Shown: positions 13,990 to 24,796 of the stretch, piece after piece
How the letters are laid out: every line of letters starts with the position of its first letter
Position numbering within the stretch: position 1 is the stretch's first letter
Notes under the pieces: generated by a model
The model's database searches: none
Seen by the model: only the letters and a program-made list of their open reading frames with translations
What the model was told of the DNA's origin: nothing
Assembly: GCF_006345805.1 (NCBI RefSeq)
Contig: NC_043012.1
Location: 27,652,001-27,716,000 of the forward strand
Direction: 5' to 3'
Length of the DNA: 64,000 nt
From: Octopus sinensis
Lineage: Eukaryota
Program-made: the position numbers and the translations under genes

Positions 13990-14600
13990 CAGTGATACTG
14001 CTTCACCTCTTATCTGTCTGTATCTTGCACTGAGTATACCTTAACGAGTTTCTACCTACACCTTTTCTATATATTGAGCTGGGCCTTCTCCCTGAAAGGA
14101 TTTGTGATTTGTCTGTTTTCCTACCTATTAGGATTTTGGCCATCGCAAAATTTACTCTCAGCCCTTTGATTCAAGACCATATTTCCACACCTGAATTGTC
14201 TTCTAGTTCTGGTAGTGATTCAGCTATAAGAACAAGGTCATCAGCAGAGGGGACAATGATAAGCAAGAAGTTGCTGAGATGTGATCCTTGGTAAACACCT
14301 ACTTGTACATTAAATTCCTTGCTATAATTATTAGCAACTTTCACCTTATTGATGGTATAGCTTGTATAGCTCTCACCAAGCACTCGTCTATCACTAATTT
14401 CTGCATTAACCTCAAGATAAGTGAGTGTGGAACTATATCAGGTTTTTTCCATGTCAACAAAAGCTAAATACTGAGGTTATTTTTGGCTAAATACTTCTAC
14501 TGCATTAGCCTTACCAGGAAGATAGAATCAGTAGTGCTTCACCCTGGCACAAAACCAAACTGCTTCACAGATACGGTGTTCTGAATGCTACAACCACTAT
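13990..14600 (-). mobile_element. Degraded RTE LINE RT fragment
   Basis: EFNVQVGVYQGSHLS..LLIIV...ADDLVLIAESLPELE matches the RTE RT motif region. Confidence 0.7.
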
Positions 14601-15148
14601 ATTGGTTGCATGGGCCAACCACTCCATTTTTCTTCCCCAAACACTTCGCCAATGTGATATACACCTCCATACTGGTGATAGAGGGGAACACAGGAAATCT
14701 CTGTGTCAAAGCAGCTTTGCTGATCTACCACCTTAACTTCAAAATCAATAGTTGATCAGAGGTGGTCTGATGACTCCTGTGAAGATTCCACCGAACACTC
14801 CCTATGTCACTGTGATCATAACCAATATCCTAACATATGTTATCAACACCATCACCCACTATTACCACGGCACCACCGCCACTAGCCTACAGCCAGTCCT
14901 CACCACCACCCCTACATGATGGAGCAGCTGCTGCTGCTAACTCAAACACTGGGCTATCCAAAATGGCAAATGGATGTGTGTAAAGGTATGTTTCTTTGAT
15001 TGTATTTCTTCTGTTGAGATAGGCTTTTGCTCCTCTAAATATAAAAGCTTTTAAAACTTTCCGCATTGTTATTTTGTCTTATTTTACCTCTCATTCATTC
15101 TTTTAATTCATTTGTATTCAAGCAAATGTTTAACTTTACAGAACAGTA

Positions 15149-15480
15149 GGCGCAGAAGTGGCTATGTGGTAAGTAGCTTGCTTACCAACTACATAGTTTT
15201 GGGCAAGTGTCTTCTACTATACCTTGGGCCAACCAAAGGCTTATGAGTGGATTTGGTAGACAGAAACTGAAAGAAGTCTGTCGTGTGTATATATATATAT
15301 GCTTGTGTGTGTTTGTCCCCCCACCATAGCTTGACAACCGATGTTGGTGTCTTGGTTCGGCAAAAGAGACTGATATAATAAGTACTAGGCTTACAAAGAA
15401 TTTGACCAGGGGTTGATTTGTTCGACTAAAGGCTTTGCTTCAGCATGGCTGCAGTCAAATGACTGAAACAAATAAAAGAA
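15149..15480 (+). mobile_element. tRNA-derived SINE with internal deletions
   Basis: Same head and tail as 12372-12780. Confidence 0.85.
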
Positions 15481-15659
15481 TTGTTGTAATTCGTTAAAAA
15501 TGCAGAATAAGAATTAACATTGACTGGCTGTTATTAAATTTTGTGCATCATTTAATTTTTTCCTTGATTTAATTGAATTATATGAAATAGATGATATCCT
15601 TGTTAATAATGTTAGTATCTCTATTCTGTAAGTTTTGTTAATATTGACTTATTTTGTAG

Positions 15660-15745
15660 ACTTAATTCAGAAAATGGACCTTGATTCGGAAATTGAAAAA
15701 CTGGAAAGAGATAGAGCTTTAGGTCCACCAAAACACAGGAAACAG
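15660..15745 (+). CDS. NUP205: NUP205 exon (DLIQKMDLDSEIEKLERDRALGPPKHRKQ), phase 1-0
   Basis: 86 nt, ttttgtag|AC...CAG|gttagt; matches NUP205 segment TLVSQIDVNNEFEKLQRERGLGSEKHRKE; frame continuous with flanking exons. Confidence 0.92.
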
Positions 15746-16399
15746 GTTAGTGTATATTTTTAAAAATATTTTCAGTTTACCACCTTAAGTATAATAGATG
15801 GCATATAACAATATACCTTTCATGCTGAAGAGTAGCTTTCAGAAATTTTGCATTATGCTAAAAAAATTTTTAAATATCTAAAAATATGTACTGATTGAGT
15901 CAAATAGATGCTATTGTTATAAAACTACATTATTTTAGATAAGATTATATTCTTAAGCCAAAGGCAGTAAAGTTTGACTTTTAATTATAGATAGTAATTG
16001 TTACAAAAATTGTACACAAGCTCTCAGTGTATTCTTTTAAAGTATTGGTTGTGAGATAAACTTGCTAAAATGTATCACTTTTTTCAATAAAAACAATAAT
16101 TGGGAATGTAATCAAGTTCAGTAATACTTTAAAATTCAAATTACCACTTGCTGTCAATATTGACACTTCAAAAATTGTTTCTACAGACAGGAGCATTTAA
16201 AGATGGAAAACGTAGACAGAACTTTCTTGCTTCTCAAGCAGAGGTGAAGAGATTCCTAAAGAAAGCAAGGTTGTTGGCAAACATGTAAAGCCATAGCATT
16301 GATCTACATGCTGAATAATGGTGACAGCAATGCTTGCATCTATCTTTCTCACCACTACATAGTTTTCTCACCACTACATAGTTTTCTCACCACTACATA

Positions 16400-16615
16400 G
16401 TTTTCCAAAATTAACTGTTTCAAATTTTGGCACAAATTCAGGAATTTGGTGTTGGATGGGGAAGAGTTAAATTCATTGACCCCAATATTCGACTGGTTCT
16501 CTATTTTATTAGTCCTTAAAGGACGAAAGGTACAGTTGACTTCAGCAGGACTTGAGCTCAAAATGTAAAGAACTGGAAGAAATTTGGTGAAATAGACTAA
16601 CAGTTCTGCCAGCTC
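16400..16615 (-). mobile_element. Second SINE family (tRNA head plus conserved central domain), preceded by a 19-bp x3 tandem at 16345-16405
   Basis: Minus strand gagctcaagtcctgctgaagtcaactgtacctttcgtcctttaaggactaataaaatagagaaccag resembles the Meta/Nin-type SINE central domain (recalled, not verified). Confidence 0.5.
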
Positions 16616-16639
16616 ATCATCTTATAACCTTCTCTGTCA

Positions 16640-19533
16640 AAAAGAATATTTGAGTGCTGTAATTTAAAAGAGATGAAAGAGGCAGTGGTATACGAAGTGA
16701 GAAAGGAGGAAGAAGAAAGGCGAAATGTACATTTGGTGCAATGCAGTCAACAGGGACAGTGCCTGAGATGGGAGGAATATGTGATCAGCCGCAGAATATC
16801 ATGGAAGGAACTTTGGGCTTGGGAACAAGCAAGAACATCCTTCCTGATCAAGTCTACCTTTGATGTTCTACCCTCACCGGCAAACTTAGTCTGGTGGAAC
16901 ATAAAAACAATTGATGAATGTAGATGCAGAGAGAAAGCGACGATTAGACATGTTCTGTCAAGTTGCAGACTAGCACTTGAAAGATATACTTGGCGGCATA
17001 ATCAAGTCCTCGGCATCATAAGCGCAGCACTCAAGGAGAAGATCGAGAGGTACAATAGGGGAGAGTACCCAGAAGTAGAAAAGCGCAGGAAAGTATACTT
17101 CCACAAGGAGGGAAATGGTTATAAAACCAGGCCTACATGTAAAGTACATGAGATAGACGAAAGATGGAAGGGATACTGGGAGGTGATCACGGACTTGGAA
17201 AGACAAGTAATATTTCCACTAATAAAAACAACAAAAAGACCAGATTTAGTTCTATGGAACAGAGACCGGAGAATGGGAATTTTACTAGAACTGACGGTAC
17301 CTTGGGAAGAGAACATCGGCAACGCAGAGGAACAAAAAGAGAAGAGGTATGAAAAGCTAATCGAAGAATGCAGAGAACAGGGATGGAATGTCACATATTA
17401 TCACCTGGCAGTGGGGGCTAGAGGCTTCATTGAAAAGAAAATGACAATGCTTTTCAAAAGAAGATTTGTTTTTTCTAGCCCCGAGCTGCGTAAACTAATA
17501 AGGAGAGTACAGGTGGCGGTTGAAAAAGCCAGCTTCTATATATGGCTGAAGTGGAAAGACTGAAAATGGCTTGAAAGTCATAACATGCCGGCGGGAAATA
17601 ACATCACTAGGTGAGACAAGCTGTCACTGAATCAGCTTCGCTGACTGACAGGTGACGGTCGTTTAGAGAATGCGCGGGCTAAAACTACGCGCCTTCACTA
17701 GTCAGTTATGGTGGGACAGTGTCACGTGACAACTTACTGGGGCTGCCTGCTGGAGCCTAGCGGCAGGTATTTAATCCTTTCGTTACTATATTTCTGACCA
17801 AAATACACCCCTCATGAGTTTCAATTAAATTCTAAAATAATCATGAATTTAAGCTTGTTTCATGAAATAACTGTAACTTTTTTACTTATCAACATATTAT
17901 TATGATATTTGGAACATAATTAAAGAAAGGGTTCTTAATCAATTCTATTGCATAACTTTTGTCTCAAAGTGACTTTAATTACAGGTAAATCCAGGTAAAT
18001 TGAGCAAAAGGTAAAAATATTAAAATTTTGTTTAAACATCACCATAGAAAATGAATCATCAGCTAATATTCAAATGGCTATGCAACAAAATTTTGATAAA
18101 GAAGAATTATGCACATCACTAGATCATCAGTTGAATTTAATGCACAACAGGTGTACCATAAAGGTGGAATAAACTGAAATACTGGAATCCACCGCAAGTT
18201 TGACCGAACTAAATAAATCGGTCAAAAAATAATATACGGCCCTGGTATGGAAGTGATAAATTCCAGACCACATCGTTTCCTTGGCCATGCTGACTAACAT
18301 TAATTTCTCTGTATAAAAACTAAATCCACGCAGTACCCAGTATTTGCTTCACAAATTTTCCAAAATTTGATCCCCCATTTTGTGTTTGCCTACAATCTGC
18401 GTAAATTTGTTTCCGCATTGATCGCTTCAAACAATAACTTCCAGACCACATCGTGCCCTAAGCCATGCTGACTAATACTATTTTCCCTGTATAAAAACTA
18501 AATCCACAGCAGTACCCAGTATTTAGCATCACAAATTTTCCAAACTTTGATCCCCCATTTTGTGTTTGTTTACAATCTGCGAAACAGTTTGCTTCCACAG
18601 TGATCGCTCCAAACTAGCATACTGAAAAAAATAAAAGTCTAATGGTTTCACTTCCTAAGAAAGGCTATAGATAAACTTTATCTCCTAAGAAAAATTGCTA
18701 ATAAAAACATTTTAAAAGTTTTTTTACTGCATTCCGATGTAAAATCGTCTTTGCTGTTGCCATCGCTGCTTTGTTTCTTCAGAATCGCTGCTTTCATTTT
18801 TGGATAAAAAATTATCCTATTCATTATTTTGTACACCACATGCTTTAGTACCTATTTCATTCTTTTTCTCGATATCTCCCTATTTTCCGTTGAAAAAGCT
18901 TTAAATTCTGAATCAATGCTTGATAAAATGAAACTCCTATCCATTTTTGAAGTTGAAGAAAAATCGATGCCGAAAAAAATGTGGATAAAAATCTCCCAAA
19001 ATTCACTGAGTTGAGATATCACTTCAAGCAATGTCGGATACTATAAGCCAACTACTTACAAAGTGAAATCACATGTTTTAACGAATGTACCAACGAGATT
19101 TGGGTTCAAATTTACACTTAAATAACAATAGGTTCTCTCGGCCGGGTACGGCCGGGTTTGTATTATAAAACAAAAACTTTTTCAGCCAGGTACGGCCAGG
19201 TTAGTAACGAAAGGGTTAAAGGGAAAAATTGACAAGACAGCCAGTCACTGGCTGACACTCGCTGACGATCTATCGAAGAGGCCAGGGAACAGAAGAAAGA
19301 AGACATGCACCCAACACCAGAGCTGAAGACACCTCCAAAAGGGTGGGCCCTGCCACGTCAAAACGGTAGAGGAGTAGGGGCCGAAACCGGACGTGGTTCC
19401 TCCTGATGATGTCTTGAGCTAACTGGATCCTATGAAGGAGCTGTTGTGGTAGCAGACCACGAAACACGGTTGTAATTCCTTCCTATCAGCATCGATTGAT
19501 TGTTATTGGCTACTGCAAGGGACGTTCAGTTAC
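16640..19533 (+). mobile_element. HERO-type (NeSL/R2 group) non-LTR retrotransposon, 5'-truncated; 3' UTR apparently split by a piggyBac
   Basis: ORF 16673-17563: CCHC knuckle (CRC..ATIRHVLSSC), RYTWRHNQVL, RPDLVLW..ILLELTVPWEE...KRYEKL..GARGF form a restriction-like endonuclease (PD-D/ExK) domain; extent beyond 19219 is inferred. Confidence 0.85.
17771..19219 (-). mobile_element. Non-autonomous piggyBac (about 1.45 kb) with internal 180-bp tandem duplication (18259-18620)
   Basis: TTAA TSDs; TIRs tcctttcgttacta / tagtaacgaaaggg; homologous to 46591-47609 plus 52411-52677. Confidence 0.88.
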
Positions 19534-20045
19534 AACTACTAATTTATTTTAGTGGTGTGTGTGTGTGTGTGTTTGGTATTGTTGATTGGAATAGCAGTGA
19601 AAGTGCTCATTGATTATACATTGCCAGGATGAGCTGTCCCTAATACTGTATTAATCATCAGTAGTTGAATGGATTATTAATGCCTTGGCTATCAGTGAGC
19701 TGCTAATCTCTTTAAAATGGTCATCCTCAACTCCCATAACAGGAATTTCTTATTTTCACACGAGGGAAAAGCTTACTTGATTGGATTTTACTTATTGCTT
19801 TATTTTTTCTCATTTTATCAAATAGATAGGATGAGACACTAAGTTAACCAGGAACAACATAGTATAATTAACGAAAGTATAATGTGTAGTACTTTGCACA
19901 GAGCAAAACTGAGATAGTGAATTATGTACACAACACAGTATTGGTGATAAAACATAAACTATCAAATCTCTGGCTAGTTAACTGTCTTCTTCACTATTTA
20001 TCATTTTATATTCAACTTTAAAAATATATTTTACATTGTGCTATA

Positions 20046-21404
20046 CAGGATGGCCCAAAAGTCACTAGACCATTTCAAAGTATAACTCTTTTATTTATTA
20101 AATATCAACATTCTTCCTCAAACTTCCATTTTCTATGCTGGATGGTTTGACAGGAGCTGCCAAGCTGGAGGATGCCCTTCCTAATGCCAACTATTTTACA
20201 GTGTACTGGGCACTTTTTGCATGGAACCAGCATAGATGCTTTTTATGTGGTTCTGGCACAGTTGCTTTTTTGGTAGCACCACACTTCTCAGAAAACATTT
20301 TAAATTAGTCTTGAAAATTATGTTCCTCAAATGACTGCCAAGTTGTTCTTGATAATGGTGGGCCCTTTCTAAAGAGTGTTCTATCACCATTTGTAATGTT
20401 CCTTGGCTTATTCTTTCAGTTTCTTCACTAATTTCAGCCTCAAATTGCTGGATGGTCTGAGGTTTGTTAGAGTATACTCTGTCTTTCAGATATCCCCTCA
20501 AGTCATTAAATCAGATGAGTGTGAAGGCCAATTGAATTTAGAGTTTCTTGAAATTATTCTCTTCTCAAAAATTTGCTTTAAGTGCTCCATCGTTGGCTGA
20601 GCTGTATGGACTGTAGCCCCATCTTTCTACCATCATACCTCTGGATGAAATGCTTATGCATGTCCTAATACCTTACACCTATGATAGTTAGTCTGTTTTC
20701 TGCCTTATCTTCAAATAATTAAGGACGAAGCATTCTTTCCTCACTTAACCTGCACCAAAGCATTACTCACATTGATGGGCTCTTTTTCATTTTCTGTCTC
20801 CCAAAATCAAATATTTTGCTTATTGACAAAGTTGTTGTGATGAAAGTGGGCCTTGTCACCCATAATGAAGTTGTGAATGAAATCATCTTCTTGCCATACC
20901 AATTCTCGGATCTAAGCAGCATACACTAATTGTACCTGATAATCAGCTGGCTTCAGTTCTTACACTAGTTGCACTTTATACAGGTATAAATTAAGCATCT
21001 TTGAATCCCCTGTTATGAGCTTCAGGGTATGCCCAAGCTGCTGGGATCACCTTTGGGTTGATGTTGAAGGCTCTTCTTCAGTGATCCACCATACACACTA
21101 AATGTTGACCTGTGACCTTCCTCCACCTGGTAAATCAATTAGATCCCACTGTTGTTCAAACTACTGAATATTACGTGTCTAGATGGCAGTTGTCCGACTC
21201 CAAAATGATGAAGGTAAGCTCTTTGAGCTAGCACAATTGATCATTAATTTTGCAGATAAAATTTGATTATTTTTAGTCATTGCTCTGTCAGGACTTTCTT
21301 CATGATTATTTTCTGTGAATTACATGTCAGTAATGTCCAACACAAAAAAAAATAATGGTAAAAGAGTTATATTTTAAGAGGTTTATTCACTTTTGGGCAA
21401 CTGT
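20046..21404 (-). mobile_element. Degenerate Tc1/mariner DNA transposon
   Basis: TA|caggatggcccaaaagtcactagac with decayed inverse gtttattcacttttgggcaactgt; minus-strand KDGATVHTA...WPSHSSDL...GYLKDRVYSNKPQT...GSHLRNII. Confidence 0.8.
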
Positions 21405-21459
21405 GTTTTTAACTTGTATGTTCTTTTTTGTCCTTGAATTAATGAATTCTGTTTTTCAG

Positions 21460-21685
21460 GTTATAGACTTGTTCAAAGAAATTCGGCTCTGCCTAGCTGA
21501 ATGCTTGTTTTATCTGGCAGCCCAGCAGCCTCTCCAAGAACATGATACCTTACAGCTTATAGCTTTTTTAAAAGAGCACTGTCGATGGAGTCCAGATGGG
21601 TCTTTGGATCCAGTGTCTTTATTTCTTCTTATAGCTCTCTTGTACTGCTTTGATAATAGCATATTAGAGCTTGAAGATAATGAAG
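21460..21685 (+). CDS. NUP205: NUP205 exon (VIDLFKEIRLCLAECLFYLAAQQPL...DGSLDPVSLFLLIALLYCFDNSILELEDNE), phase 0-1
   Basis: 226 nt, gtttttcag|GTT...GAAG|gtttgt; matches VSDLIKECRQSLAESLF...NGSLDAVNLALLMALLYCFD. Confidence 0.93.
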
Positions 21686-22214
21686 GTTTGTTGCTATAAA
21701 TTTATTGTTTTGTTTCTCATATTTAATAATACGACAATTTCCACTGGAGTTGTTGGACAATTTATCAATTTCCCAGATCAAAACTCATTATGCTTTTTGT
21801 AATTTTATGCACAGAAAATGAATTAGCTAATATTCAACTGGGTATACAGCAAAATTTTGGATTATTTACCAGATGAACTTAATGCACATAAGACAGGTGT
21901 ACTATAAATGTGAAACAGAATGAAATAATGGAATTTGCTTATGAAGAAAACTAGGAAATGATATACACACCATCAACTAAAATAATCTCTAATGTATACA
22001 TAAATATAGAGAAGCATATAATAATGATTCACAATGCAAATTAATCAAACTTTGACTTGCATCTTACAAGTATATTAAAATTACAGGTAAATAAAAATAA
22101 GGTCAATTTGAAAAATATTCCTCCCTACTTGCTCTCACAAAAAATATTTAAAAAAATGCTTGGATTTTTAACTTTCTTCCAAGTTTGTGGTTTTTATGTT
22201 TCCTATATATATAT

Positions 22215-22433
22215 ATATCATCATCATCATTGTTTAACGTCTGCTTTTCATGCTAGCATGGATTGGACAATTTGACTGAGGTCTGGTGAACCAGATGGCT
22301 GCACCAGACTCCAATCTGATCTGGTAGAGTTTCTACAGCTGGATGCCCTTCCTAACGCCAATCACTCCGAGAGTGTAGTGGGTGCTTTTACGTGCCACAG
22401 GCATGAGGGCCAGTCAGGTGGTACTGGCAATGG

Positions 22434-22435
<2 letters not shown>
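22215..22435 (-). mobile_element. RTE 3'-UTR terminal fragment with (GAT)n tail
   Basis: Matches 47610-47800 and 28540-28709. Confidence 0.8.
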
Positions 22436-22489
<54 letters not shown>

Positions 22490-22506
22490 ATAAATACATA
22501 CATACA

Positions 22507-22970
22507 CTAGCAGCTAAACCCGTTTTCACCCGGTTGGTTTGGATGATGTGGCTGTAAAATCTGCTCTGTGTAAGCATTCGACTTGTTTGGGCACGTTTAC
22601 TTTAAAATTTTAGAATGACTTTTTCTTTCAAAATGCTAAAAATAACTGACCAACAACAAAAAAACAAAAACAGTCAAGATTAAACTAAATCCAAAAAAAA
22701 TTGCTTTTTATAAGTCAGATATATCTAAAACTTATTTGAACTGATCTCAAGGTTTGCTTCATCCTCAACACTGCTTTTGCAGGGCTACTGCTGCTGCTGC
22801 CGCCGCCGTTGCGATCCTTGATACTTGTGAGCATACCGTGGCACTTCACCATCTCTCTCCTGCTCTTACTCTCTATCACTTTCCCTCACTTTTCCCTCTG
22901 GCTGGGTAGCCGCATATCACCTCTTCAGCAACACACCTATTCCTGCCCTCGTTCTTGGTGTATCTGATAT
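22507..22970 (-). mobile_element. Helitron-like non-autonomous element (3' end on minus strand)
   Basis: Minus strand ...ccgggtgaaaacgggtttagctgCTAG|T resembles the 3' end at 44010-44038. Confidence 0.4.
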
Positions 22971-22989
22971 ATATATATATATATATAAA

Positions 22990-24796
22990 TGGCTGAATGA
23001 ATTATCCTTTGTTTACCGTTAACATGGAAAATTCAACAAACAGTTACCAGGGTAGCAAAATTCACGGATGGAGCGACCTATTCAAAGGTAGAAACTCCGG
23101 GTTAATGTGCAGTAATTTGTGTAGTATAAGTAAATAAATGGAGTTGGACAAAGATGTTATTAAAATTCTTTTACTTTCGACATATGTTTCGAAGACAACA
23201 TTGGTTTTATTCCAAAGTAAACGGTGTAAAATGCAATCTTCTCATCAGGAAGATTGCATTTTATGGTCCATCGTGAAGAATATAAAATTTCACCGGTCAC
23301 CTCTCAGGAATTAACATCTTAGATATCTTCATAATGTCTCTAGAGAAATCAATAACTTAGATTACATCCTTGTTCAATCTGATAAAACCGGAAACCTCTA
23401 TATTCTTACCAAGAGCCACTATTTGGAACTGCTCGAAAAGGAGATCCATAAAAACTACAAGATCACCGGTATGAATACTCTCAGGCAGGCCAACTTGGAA
23501 GCTAAAGGAGTTATGGAATTGTATGGATTACAGATGAAGACAGAACCGTTGAACCCCAGGCAACCTCGGTTTATTTTAAAAGACCACAAACAGAACTTTT
23601 ATATTAACCCATCACTAAGGCTTATATGTCCTTCCAGCTCCGACATCGGTACTCTTAGTAAATACATATTAGATAAGTATATCCCTACATTAATCAATAA
23701 ATTAAAACCTAGCTTATGGTTGAATTCTTTTCAAGTTGCAGATTGGTTTACTTCTATTACTAATAAGGTTAACACTAAATTTATTCAGTTTGATATATCT
23801 AGCTTCTATTCATCAATCAACCCTATTATACTTAATAAGGCCCTATGGCACGCACATAATAAAGCAGGTCTCTCTAGAAAAGAAATTAATGTGGTACTGG
23901 CTGCTAGAAAATCATTCATCAAGTTTGATAACAAGTTGTGGGTCCAGAAGGATACTCCCAATGCGTTTGATGTCCTAATGGGAAGTACAGATTCCGCTCA
24001 AATTTCTGATTTGGTTGGAATATATATATTTTATGAAATGGCCAACCAGTTCCCGGACATCTGTGGAGATATTTATTGCGATGATTGTCTACTTTAACTC
24101 CAAAACATTTCAAATCAAAAAATACAGAAGGTTAAGAATAGATTAGTTAGGTTTTTTAGTAGAATGGGCTTTCACATCGTTTTTGACGATGAGTTAACTA
24201 AAGCTAACTTCTTAGACATTACTCTCAATTTTTCAAAATAACTCGTACTTCCTATACCATAAACCTTCCACAAATCTCAAATATATTAATCTTTACAGTA
24301 ATCACGCTAGGGCAATTACTAAGAATTTAGTTAAAAACATTTCACTTAGATTATCTAAATTATCCGCCAATGTTGACATTTTTAACGACAAGGCAGAATT
24401 CTATAACTCTGCCTTGGTTAAAGCTGGCTATAAAGAGAAAGTGACATACATTGATTCTGCTCAATCTCGTCCTTTATCTACTTTTCAAGACAAAAAATCT
24501 AGTTGTAATAAGGGTGATTTTAATTCTAATATTGTAAACAACACAATACATAATATAAATCCTTTACAGAGTAAGGGAGGTAAGCGTTATTTAAGCTCAA
24601 ATTTTCACTCTGGAGGTTTTTCACCTTCCTTTACAGATAATACCACTTACAATTTGAATGTTACTAGGAAAACTATCTAGTTTGTAATTCCGTTTGGAAA
24701 ACAGATTAAATCGAATCTTCCTTTGCAATTCCTGAAGTGGTTGCTGAGAACTTTCCAAAAAATTCTAGATATTATTCAATTATTAACTCTCATATA
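22990..24796 (+). mobile_element. Penelope-like element (PLE) RT region with an inverted pseudo-LTR at its 5' side, truncated before the GIY-YIG endonuclease
   Basis: ORF 23423-24097 LKDHK..P.LRLICPS.SDIG.LSK.ILD...FIQFDISSFYSSI...ARKS...FDVLMGSTDSAQISDLVG...YCDD; flanking frames SDKTGNLY and FLKVVAENFP; hammerhead motif upstream. Confidence 0.85.
23172..23255 (-). ncRNA. Type I minimal hammerhead ribozyme motif
   Basis: Minus strand CUGAUGA-GAAGA...UCUUC-GAAAC-AUAU-GUC; extended stem II; imperfect stem I (AUCUUC/GAAAGU). Confidence 0.75.

Noticed and set aside
19370-19475. Hammerhead-like words (CTGATGA, GAAAC..GTA) in the putative HERO 3' UTR
   Set aside because: Could not build canonical stems: no 10.1-11.1 pair for a type I fold and only 4 nt for stem I in a type II fold
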